37,631 nucleotides of DNA from an uncultured bacterium. GTDB taxonomy: Bacteria > Verrucomicrobiota > Verrucomicrobiia > Verrucomicrobiales > Akkermansiaceae. Position 1 is the first letter of the stretch, and each line of letters begins with the position of its first letter. A model generated the notes under the pieces. The model was not told the origin of the DNA. It searched no databases and worked only from the letters and a program-made list of their open reading frames with translations. The position numbers and the translations under genes were made by a program. Positions 18,353-26,302 of the stretch are shown here, piece after piece. The DNA lies in contig CBFGOB010000001.1 of assembly GCA_965650215.1 (NCBI GenBank), positions 1-37,631 on the forward strand. The letters are read 5' to 3'.

Positions 18353-18382
18353 TGGCGCGGCCAGTCGTCGGTGCGGAAGGGA
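18256..18382. repeat. Diverged direct repeat, copy 2 (3' end of esterase gene, ATGA junction and DUF6807 signal-peptide region)
   Basis: Partner of 15911-16040, offset 2342 bp in the core. Confidence 0.85.
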
Positions 18383-19824
18383 GTGGCGGGGAGGCCCGCT
18401 TGGTTGACGAGGTTGACCCATGGCGTGTTGCTGAAGGCATAACGGCAGGCGACCGGAGACTCGACCGCTTCCGCGCGCAATTCAACGGTCGTTCCCTTGA
18501 TCAGCGCTTGCGCGGGATGCCATTGGCGGTCGGCTCCGGCCAGCCAGAATCCGGCAGGTGCCTTGCCATCCTTGGTCGACAGGCCGTCGGCATGATCGAA
18601 CATGATGGTGACCTTCGGGCCATCGATCCGGTGTTTTGAAAAGACGGGTCCGCGTGCGGCGACCGGATCCTGATAGATGTCGTTGCGGGCGATGCGTGCC
18701 AAGCGATCGGCGATCGGCGCCTTGTCCGCCGGGTGGATGTTCTTCGGATCGCCGAGGTCGATGGTGTTGACCAGGGCGGCGTGGGGAATGGCGAGCCCCT
18801 TGGTCTGGGCTTCGCGGAACCAGGCCCAGGAGCCGGGATCGGCCACTCCCTTGTCCTCGCCGTATCCGGGAAGCATCACGCCGAGCACCTGGAGGTCCTC
18901 GCGCTGCCAGCGTTTGCGCAGTTCGCGGACCCAGGCCGGAAGGCTGGCGGCGTAGAGCTCGGGTTGGGCGCTGTTCGCTTCGCCCTGGTACCAGACGATG
19001 CCGCGGCAGCCGTAGGGGATGAGCGGGTGGAACATCGCGTTGTAGACGATGTTCGGTTGCCTGCGCACGAAGCTCATGCCGTCGCGGATGCCCATCTTCA
19101 TGGCTTTCTCCACCCGTTCCCGGGCGGATTGCGACTTCTGGAAGTCATCCATGATCTTCTTGAAATGCGGCAGTTCCGCCGTCAGTTCGATGGGCATCCA
19201 GCCTTCGATGAACGAGCTTCCCCAGCAGGTGACGATCGCCGCCACCGGGACGTTCAGCGATTTCTGCAGGTGGTAACTGAAGCCGAAGGCCACCGCGCTG
19301 CCGGGCAGGTCGGTGGACCATTGGCCGGCGCAGGCATCGGTGGGCCCGAAGGACGCGTTGGGTGGCACCTCGTAGCTGCGGATCGGCAGACCGGCGGACG
19401 CGTCCGCGAGCTTGGCGAGGTCGGCATCGCCGCCCCAGTTGTAGCGGGCCTTGGATTTCGTGCCCCAGCCGTATTGCATGTTCGACTGGCCCGAGCAGAT
19501 CCAGACCTCGCCGACCAGCACGTCCTGGAATTCCTTGCGGCTTCCTTTGGATTCGATCGTCATGACGCGTCCTTCCGCCGAGGCTGGCATGGCGGGAAGC
19601 CGGAGCATCCATTTGCCATCCGCGCCCGTGATGGCTTGCGCTTCCTTTCCGGCGAAGCGGGCGGTGACCGTATCGCCGGGATCGGCCTTGCCCCAGACGG
19701 GCACCGCCAGTTCACGTTGCAGGACCATGTGGTCGCCGAACATCGGGGAGACCTGGAGTTCGGCCTGGGCCAGCGTGATCAGAGGCAGGATGGCACAGGC
19801 GAGGATGGGGACTTGGTGTTTCAT
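18349..19824 (-). CDS. Sialate O-acetylesterase-like (SASA/SGNH) carbohydrate esterase, 491 aa
   Basis: FGDHMVLQR, VLVGEVWICSGQSNM (catalytic Ser), GIVWYQGEAN, NIHPADK (His) and a C-terminal PFRTDDW. Has a signal peptide. Confidence 0.92.
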   Translation of the reverse strand: MKHQVPILACAILPLITLAQAELQVSPMFGDHMVLQRELAVPVWGKADPGDTVTARFAGKEAQAITGADGKWMLRLPAMPASAEGRVMTIESKGSRKEFQDVLVGEVWICSGQSNMQYGWGTKSKARYNWGGDADLAKLADASAGLPIRSYEVPPNASFGPTDACAGQWSTDLPGSAVAFGFSYHLQKSLNVPVAAIVTCWGSSFIEGWMPIELTAELPHFKKIMDDFQKSQSARERVEKAMKMGIRDGMSFVRRQPNIVYNAMFHPLIPYGCRGIVWYQGEANSAQPELYAASLPAWVRELRKRWQREDLQVLGVMLPGYGEDKGVADPGSWAWFREAQTKGLAIPHAALVNTIDLGDPKNIHPADKAPIADRLARIARNDIYQDPVAARGPVFSKHRIDGPKVTIMFDHADGLSTKDGKAPAGFWLAGADRQWHPAQALIKGTTVELRAEAVESPVACRYAFSNTPWVNLVNQAGLPATPFRTDDWPRQ

Positions 19825-19838
19825 GGGTGCCGGGGCAA

Positions 19839-21125
19839 TTATCTGTTAGAGTTGGTTTTGGGCAGTGGGTTGACCGCGATTTCATCGAGGAACAGCGATG
19901 CGTTGCCGAGGTGGAAGGTCAGTTTGATGAACCGCACTTCAGGGCGGCCGATGTCGAAGAACAGCAGGCACGCCTGCGGGCCCGCCATGTCGGGGTCCTT
20001 GCGTTTCGGCTGGAGGGTGAAGCCGTTGTTCCGATGGGTCGCCAGCACCTCATAGTGCTGGCCGTCCTTCGAGGTGGCGAGATCCGCCTTGGCGGGAAAG
20101 CCGATGCCATCCGCTTCGTGGAGCAGCAGATTGGCGGCGATGGCCGCCACGTCCTGCGGCTTGTCCAGATCCACCACCAGCTCCACGGTTTTGGCCGAGG
20201 GCTTGAAAGCGACCCAACCCTTGCCTTTCGGGTCGTTTCCGCTGTAGGTGCCGTCAGTCAGTGCCGCGAGTGCGGCGGGTCCGGCCTCGGGCGTGGTGCC
20301 GCTGCTGCGTTTCCCAATTGCCGCGTGGGTCGAGATCTCGGTCGCGGTGTTGAAGAAGTGGGCGTTGAAGATGGTTTCATCGGGCTTCAGCTGGGGATCG
20401 ATCAGCTTGCAGGCGGCACGGGCAAAGCGCTGCCCGAGCGTCCGGTAGCCGGCATTCGGAAAGTGTTCGCCGTTGGCTTCATAGACGCTCCATGGGTTGA
20501 TGCCCGCATTGAGATCGTCCGTATCGACCCAGGCACCGTTGGCGTTTTCCTCGCCGAGTTTGACCTGGGCCTCGCGCACCGCTTGCTTGCCTGGCGAATG
20601 TTTGCCATTCGGCCGGTGGTCGTTGATGCGGCCCAGCACGAAGCGGATGTCATCGCGGTTCAGGTCGGCCTTGAGCTGGTCGATGATGCCGAGGAAGCTT
20701 TTCCCGTACACCGCCCCCCATCCGGCGCTGCCGTCCGCCTCGCCCTGCATCCAGATGAAGGTGACGCTGGAGAACTTCCGGTCGCCGGCCTTTTTGCGCA
20801 CGTTCTCCATCAGCTTGTCGTAGAGCACCCCGTTCTTTTCCCCCTCCTTGAGTTGGAAAGCGTCACCTTCCGGCGGGGTCCACTTCTTGTACCACTGCCG
20901 GATCGGCTGGCTCGGATGCGAGTGGGTGACGACCGTGACCTGATCCTTGCCGAAGACCTTGGCCACCGCTTCTTCAAACGACTGCGGCAGCGGGTGCCGC
21001 ATGTTCGATTGTCCGGAGAGGATGAAGAGGTGTCCGGAAGCGCCGGTGTCCGATGGCGCAGCGGGCAAGCCACCGGCAAGCGCGAGGCTGCCCAGGACTC
21101 CGGCGAGCTTGCGTTGCAGTTTCAT
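19839..21125 (-). CDS. SASA/CE6-like acetylesterase with C-terminal discoidin/F5-8C-like domain, 428 aa
   Basis: Start ATG 21125 gives a signal peptide. Motifs HLFILSGQSNM, FIWMQGEAD, VDTDDLN and EHFPNAGYRTLGQRFA. C-terminal LTDG..W..LVVDL..RFIKL..LFLDEIAV module. Confidence 0.82.
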   Translation of the reverse strand: MKLQRKLAGVLGSLALAGGLPAAPSDTGASGHLFILSGQSNMRHPLPQSFEEAVAKVFGKDQVTVVTHSHPSQPIRQWYKKWTPPEGDAFQLKEGEKNGVLYDKLMENVRKKAGDRKFSSVTFIWMQGEADGSAGWGAVYGKSFLGIIDQLKADLNRDDIRFVLGRINDHRPNGKHSPGKQAVREAQVKLGEENANGAWVDTDDLNAGINPWSVYEANGEHFPNAGYRTLGQRFARAACKLIDPQLKPDETIFNAHFFNTATEISTHAAIGKRSSGTTPEAGPAALAALTDGTYSGNDPKGKGWVAFKPSAKTVELVVDLDKPQDVAAIAANLLLHEADGIGFPAKADLATSKDGQHYEVLATHRNNGFTLQPKRKDPDMAGPQACLLFFDIGRPEVRFIKLTFHLGNASLFLDEIAVNPLPKTNSNR

Positions 21126-21133
21126 GATGGATT

Positions 21134-23152
21134 TCAGTTGGATGGCTTGTTCCGCCCCTGGAGTTCGAGCATCGCCTTGCCGCAAGCCTCGCCGATTTCG
21201 AGGAAGGATTCGGCGTTCGAGTGATAGACGGTGGCATATCCTCCAGGAGATTGGTTGGGTGCGCGGAAGAAGGGCTTCGTATCGACGCTTTTCACATTGC
21301 CGGAAAATTCCGGGTGTTTCGCCGCATCGCCCACCGCCATCTGCGCGGCGTGGATCTTGCCATCGTCAAATGCCACCGCTCCCACGACCACCGGCAGCTC
21401 CGGTGCCTTGAGGTCGCGGCGCAGGTCGCGGATCAGGTTGGCGAGGTTCTTTTCGTAAGCCGCCTTGTGGGCGGGCGACTGGCTGTCGGAGATCCCGTGG
21501 AACCACAGCATGCCGGCAATCTCGTAGCCTTGATTCTTGTAGCCGGGAAGGAAGCGCGGCAGCTGGGCGAGCGAATCGTTCACCGCGTTGACCAGTTCCA
21601 GGTATTCCTGACCGCTCTGCAGATAGGTCTTGAGGTCCAGCCAGCGGTCGATCTGTTCCAGCCCGTTCCAGGTGTCTTCGGCATTGCCGGGGTTTTTGAA
21701 AACCGCGGCCTTGCCGTCGAAATGCTGCATGACCCTGCCTTGGTAGCCGCCGGTGATCGAGTCGCCGATCAAGAGCACGCGCGGCAGCGGCTTGGTGGTT
21801 TTGGTGCGGGAGGCAAGCGCGCCTTCGATGGTTTGGATTACCTGGGGCGCGAGGTTGCCGACGTCATGGACGTTGTTGCTTTTGGCGGCTCCCTGACGGC
21901 GGGTTTCGGCGTTGAGGTCGTTGATGATCACCCCGTTTTCCTTCATCACCTTTTCCGCCACCCGGTTGAAGGCGTCCTCGTCCGCATTCAACCTGCCGGG
22001 TTCGCCCGGCCATACCGGAGTCACCGATCCCCAGATGAGGGTCGCGCCGGTCTTCTTCATCTTGCCAACCAGCACGCGCAGGTTCTTCTCGAAATCCTCG
22101 ACCGAGGTGATGTTGTGGCCGGAGAAGTATTTCGAGGTCGAATCGCGGTAGGTCGCATCCCAGACGCCGTGGTTGAAGTGGATGACATCCCAGGTGCCGG
22201 ACAGGTCGGGATCTCCACCGCTCGATGGCGGCATGTAGTCGTGCCCGAGGGATCGGGCGTCGCCGGGAAACCAGATCGTGTTGGTAGTTGCGAAGCGCAG
22301 CAGGAACACCGGCTCGTCGAAATGGTCGCCCAGGGTCTTGCCCAGGGTGAGGGCGGGGCCGACGCCTTGCGCCAGCTGCAGGGGGGTGCCCGGCGCGCGC
22401 GTGTTGTTGTAAATCGGATGGGCGTCGTAGAGTGTCACGTCGTCGCGTTTCATGTCCTTGAGGAACGCGTATTGCGGCTTCTCGGCCATCAGCGTCTCCA
22501 AGGTGCCGGGGAGTCCGACCTGCGGCACGCGGATGTCCTGTCCCGGCTTGCGGAAGAAGACCGTGCGGAACGTGTGGCGTTTCCCCTTTTCGAGGGTCAA
22601 TGGGCTGACGCGCGCCTTTGCCTGGCCGGGCTCGCGCCGCCAGACCTCCTTGCCGTCGACAGTGGTGAGGTTGAAGGCCGCCTCTCCATCCGCGATATGG
22701 ATTTCGTATTGGCCCGACTTGGGCACGGTGAGGTATCCCCGCAGCACCGTGGTGTAGCCTTCCTTGGACGCCAGTTCCGGCAGCAGGGCGAAGGGCTTGG
22801 GTTTCCTCTTGGCCGCCTGGTTTTCGCCGAGGCCAACAAGGCCGGTCCATTCCGGCGTGAGTTTGTCATAGTCCGTGCCGGCCTGGTAAGCACCTGTATA
22901 GACCGCGGCGTTCACATGGCGTCCGGCTTCGTCCTTCGCTGGTTTTTCATTCGGGTAGAACACCGCGTCCCGGCCCTCGGTGCGGCCGGAGATTGCGCCG
23001 GGGTCGAGGCAGTTCCCGTCGCCGGCGAGAATGAACACTTTCACCGGCTGGTCGGATCCGGCGGCAGGCAGGCCAAAAGCCGGGATCAAGCCAAACGCGG
23101 CGATCGGCAGAAGAGAGAGCGGTCGTGCATGATTCCAAGGCATGCGCGGCAT
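21134..23152 (-). CDS. Multidomain esterase-like protein: degenerate SASA scaffold with inserted PA14-like domain and circularly permuted SGNH/GDSL hydrolase
   Basis: SASA segments VKVFILAGDGN, GP.LTLG..LGDHFDEPV..RSLGHDYMPPSS and YEIAGMLWFHG..YEKNLANLIRDLR..NAESFLEIGEA. Inserts are VLRGYLTVPKSGQYEI..LEKGKRH (PA14-like) and WDVIHFNHG..NNVH..LPRVLLIGDS..GNAEDT (SGNH). Start at 23152 or 23143. Confidence 0.8.
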   Translation of the reverse strand: MPRMPWNHARPLSLLPIAAFGLIPAFGLPAAGSDQPVKVFILAGDGNCLDPGAISGRTEGRDAVFYPNEKPAKDEAGRHVNAAVYTGAYQAGTDYDKLTPEWTGLVGLGENQAAKRKPKPFALLPELASKEGYTTVLRGYLTVPKSGQYEIHIADGEAAFNLTTVDGKEVWRREPGQAKARVSPLTLEKGKRHTFRTVFFRKPGQDIRVPQVGLPGTLETLMAEKPQYAFLKDMKRDDVTLYDAHPIYNNTRAPGTPLQLAQGVGPALTLGKTLGDHFDEPVFLLRFATTNTIWFPGDARSLGHDYMPPSSGGDPDLSGTWDVIHFNHGVWDATYRDSTSKYFSGHNITSVEDFEKNLRVLVGKMKKTGATLIWGSVTPVWPGEPGRLNADEDAFNRVAEKVMKENGVIINDLNAETRRQGAAKSNNVHDVGNLAPQVIQTIEGALASRTKTTKPLPRVLLIGDSITGGYQGRVMQHFDGKAAVFKNPGNAEDTWNGLEQIDRWLDLKTYLQSGQEYLELVNAVNDSLAQLPRFLPGYKNQGYEIAGMLWFHGISDSQSPAHKAAYEKNLANLIRDLRRDLKAPELPVVVGAVAFDDGKIHAAQMAVGDAAKHPEFSGNVKSVDTKPFFRAPNQSPGGYATVYHSNAESFLEIGEACGKAMLELQGRNKPSN

Positions 23153-23328
23153 ACGTGGCGGGAAGTGGCCATGTTGCTTGCGGATGTAGGCTCTTTGCAT
23201 GGAAACTATCCCTTTAACAAGACACTTGTCGTTCATGCGCGGACTCTTGAGGCTCGGTTCAGTGTGGCGGTGATGTCCTGTGGGCCTGGGTTGACCGTGG
23301 TGGCGCTGAAGGTTTGGTTTTGGGAAGA

Positions 23329-23574
23329 GGAATTGGAGATCGGATGATCGTGACTTGGGGATCGCGGTCTTGGTTTGAGTTCGTCACTTGAAACCATGGA
23401 TTCTGCGGATTTTGGGGTGAGTGCAACGAATCATCAGGATCCGAATCATGATCTCCGTTGAATCCGTCACTATTCAGGCAATCCGTGGTTCAAAAAACGT
23501 TCGCACTTCAGTTCGGCTTCTGGATTCAGGCTTGGGCACGCGATGGAAATGCAATCTCCCGATCTCCCAATTCC
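23329..23574. repeat. Nested imperfect inverted-repeat element (REP/MITE-like) in intergenic region
   Basis: Outer arms GGAATTGGAGATCGG (23329-23343) and CCGATCTCCCAATTCC (23559-23574). Inner arms TTGAAACCATGGATT (23388-23402) and AATCCGTGGTTCAA (23480-23493). Confidence 0.6.
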
Positions 23575-26262
23575 TTATTGGGGTGGATCGCCAACTCGAG
23601 TCATGGGGATCAGGGTGACGGGGCCGAGCAGGCCGGAGGCTTCGATCGGCCATGACGAGGCGTCGAATCGCTTGTAGTGGTGGTCGACGAAGTTGATGTC
23701 GTGGAACTTTTTCCACGCGATCTTGCGCTGATCGAGATCGCGGATGCGGTTGGCGGAGAGGTTGGTGACCTCGATCTCGATCGTGTTCCCGCCCTCCCGC
23801 AGGAATTCGGTGACGTCCAGGCGGAAGGGATGGGCGATGAGCATGCCGGCGGGTTTGCCGTTGATGCGGATGCGCGCGCTTTCGCGGACCTCGCCGAGGT
23901 CGAGGATCCAGCGGGTCGTGGACTTTGCGGGGGCATTGAGGGTGGTCGAGTAGTTGGCCGTGCCGGCGAAGCGTTTGGCTTCGGGGTCGGCGGATTCCGT
24001 CCACGAGCCAAGTGTGGTAACGCTGGCCGCTGCGGGCAGGACCGGGCCGCCTTCGAGGAAGCGGATGGCCCACGGTCCCGACACCGCGAGGGCTTCGCCC
24101 GCCGGTTGCAGCATGGGCCAGAAGGCTTCGTTGCCCTCCTCGTGTTCCCGGACGCGGAGAATGCGGGACTCGCCCGGCTGGATTTGCAGATGGACGGAGG
24201 TGATTGCGTTTTGGGTCCGCGTGTGAGCCTTGCCGAGGGCGCCGGTCATCGGATCCATGAGAACGGCGGACTTGCAAGGCGCGGTGATCGCTATCCATTC
24301 GTCCACGGGGTTTGCCGACTGGTTGGCGATGAAGTACAGAACCTCACCTGGAAGTTTGCGGCGGATGCATCGGAGCCCGTGGTCCGCCATCGCTTCGCGG
24401 GAGATCCCTGTTTTTGCCATCAGGTCGGCGAGATCGTCGCCGAGCAGGATGCGTCCTTGGCCAAGCGGGGCGATGCCATCCGAAAATTCCAGGCCGTCTA
24501 GCAGCATTTTCAGCTGCTGCTCCCGTTCGTTGTGCTTGTGCCAGCCGGGCACGTTTTGCGGCAGGTGTTTCCAGATCACGATGCTGGCACCGGCATCGGC
24601 GAGTCCGATCAGGTGGCGCACGGTCCCGATGTTCATGAACTGCGCTGCGGGGACCACGATGGTTTGGTAGGTGCTGCCGCCTTGGGTGATGAGCTGTTGG
24701 TTTTGAAAGCGGGTTTGTTCAAGCTGCGAGTCCGAAATGAAGTCGAAGCTGTGGCCCTGTTGCATCAGCCATCGGCCGGCCTCGCCACAGGCCAGGTCTT
24801 CGATCCATGAGGGGCGATGCACCGAGAAGCGTGTTTCGTTTTTTCCGCCGCTCATCCAAAGATCATACACCGGCCAATAGAGCAGGATGTCGTGGTGTGC
24901 TTGCCCTTGCTGGAGGACGCTTTGGCAGCGGGTGAGGTAGGCGTTGAGTGCCGGGATGTCGCGGAAGATGGAGTTGCGTGCGTTCACCTGGGTGGAGGCA
25001 TAGAACAACCAGCCCGGCCACTCGGTTTTCTCCGGCGAATAGCAGGTGCCGTGATAATAGATGCCGTTGATCCCGCAGAGCAGCAGCCGGTCCGCCTCGG
25101 GTTTGAGGTGGGAAAGCGCGGTGTGGAAGTGGTTTCTCAGCCAGGTGAAGCTTTCCGAGATCACGAGGTTCCGCCCGGCCACGTGGGCGGCGGAGGAGGC
25201 GAAGCGGTGGACCATCTCGCTGTGCGGCTGGTCGAGGGATGAATGCGGGTCGCGCCGATAGCCGGGGATGTTGAAGTGGTTGGCCCCGAAGACTTCGGTT
25301 TCCGGAATGCTGGCCGCCGCATACATGTCGAGCAGGTTGGCGGGTGCGCCGTGGGCCTGCATGCGAAGTCCGCTGCCGCGCTCCTCGCTCCAGCCCGCGA
25401 TGTGTCCCACGCATTCCAACAACAGATCCGAGAGGGTTTCGCGGTAGTCGCAGAGGACGCGACGGACTTCTTCGGGATCGCCAGTGCCAGCGAGGGCGGC
25501 GGCGTGGGCGTGGATGTCGTAGCCGCGCGATTGTTCGAAGCGCAGCGGCAGTTCGGGGGCCCAGTTGCCGGGATTCTCGAAGGAGTCGTAGTAGAAGGCC
25601 CGCGGTGGCAGTCCCTTGCCTTCGCGGAAGCGATCGGCCAGCCAATCGAAGTGGAATTTCACCGCCGCCGGGGAATACGGGTTGATGCACAAGCCTGCGC
25701 CGCCGGGACCGGGGCGCTTCACGCGGTCGCGGCGGACGAGGACCTCGATTTTTCCATCCTTCACGGCAAACGAGCGCTCGGAATGTTCCGGGGTGACATG
25801 GGGGCCGCCGAGCCGCCAGCCGGAGGACGGGGTGAGGTCGATGTGCATGCCGAGCCGCCTGGCCTCGTTGACCGTGTGATTGAACATTTGAAACCACTCG
25901 GGGGAGAAAATCGGGATGGTCCGGTTTTCCTCGCCCTTCACGCCGTAGATGCCGATCACGCCCATGTTGCCCCAGCCAGCGTGGCGGTAGGTTTCGAGGT
26001 TCCAGGTCAGATCCTCCCGAGTCACCGCGCTCCCGGGCCACCACCAATAGGATCCGGGACGCGCCTCGGGATGGACTTCCGGCCAGCCGGGCGAAGGGTT
26101 CCCATGGAGGAAATAAGCATCGGGGGGGGGCCAGGCGGGGCTGAGATCGGGCGAGGCCGGGTCGCTCGGCACGGTGGATGGATCGGCGGCGGGCGAGGAC
26201 TGGAGCGCTGCACAGGCGAAGAGCGCAGCGCCCCTTGGCATGATGTGAAGCGGAGTTCTCAT
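23575..26262 (-). CDS. GH106 alpha-L-rhamnosidase-like glycoside hydrolase, 895 aa
   Basis: EARPGSYWWWPGSAVTREDLTWNLE, SGWRLGGP, FYYDSFE, MQAHGAP, IPETEVF, FASSAAH..SESFTW, GINGIYYHG, YLTRCQSVLQQG and C-terminal LDLGEV..SGLLGPVTL. Confidence 0.9.
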   Translation of the reverse strand: MRTPLHIMPRGAALFACAALQSSPAADPSTVPSDPASPDLSPAWPPPDAYFLHGNPSPGWPEVHPEARPGSYWWWPGSAVTREDLTWNLETYRHAGWGNMGVIGIYGVKGEENRTIPIFSPEWFQMFNHTVNEARRLGMHIDLTPSSGWRLGGPHVTPEHSERSFAVKDGKIEVLVRRDRVKRPGPGGAGLCINPYSPAAVKFHFDWLADRFREGKGLPPRAFYYDSFENPGNWAPELPLRFEQSRGYDIHAHAAALAGTGDPEEVRRVLCDYRETLSDLLLECVGHIAGWSEERGSGLRMQAHGAPANLLDMYAAASIPETEVFGANHFNIPGYRRDPHSSLDQPHSEMVHRFASSAAHVAGRNLVISESFTWLRNHFHTALSHLKPEADRLLLCGINGIYYHGTCYSPEKTEWPGWLFYASTQVNARNSIFRDIPALNAYLTRCQSVLQQGQAHHDILLYWPVYDLWMSGGKNETRFSVHRPSWIEDLACGEAGRWLMQQGHSFDFISDSQLEQTRFQNQQLITQGGSTYQTIVVPAAQFMNIGTVRHLIGLADAGASIVIWKHLPQNVPGWHKHNEREQQLKMLLDGLEFSDGIAPLGQGRILLGDDLADLMAKTGISREAMADHGLRCIRRKLPGEVLYFIANQSANPVDEWIAITAPCKSAVLMDPMTGALGKAHTRTQNAITSVHLQIQPGESRILRVREHEEGNEAFWPMLQPAGEALAVSGPWAIRFLEGGPVLPAAASVTTLGSWTESADPEAKRFAGTANYSTTLNAPAKSTTRWILDLGEVRESARIRINGKPAGMLIAHPFRLDVTEFLREGGNTIEIEVTNLSANRIRDLDQRKIAWKKFHDINFVDHHYKRFDASSWPIEASGLLGPVTLIPMTRVGDPPQ

Positions 26263-26302
26263 GGGTGGAAAACCGGACAGCGATCTCCGTAAGGTTCTGG
26301 GT

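Noticed and set aside
23153-23328. Possible gene remnant or internal promoter upstream of the nested esterase
   Set aside because: There is a locally AT-richer patch, but I could not support any recognisable motif or homology.
21221-23347. 708-aa plus-strand ORF, and similar long antisense ORFs (27758-29746, 26261-27730, 14298-15737, 19827-21224, 18733-20055, 34161-35318)
   Set aside because: They are shadows of well-supported minus-strand genes, have no recognisable motifs, and are expected from high-GC codon bias.
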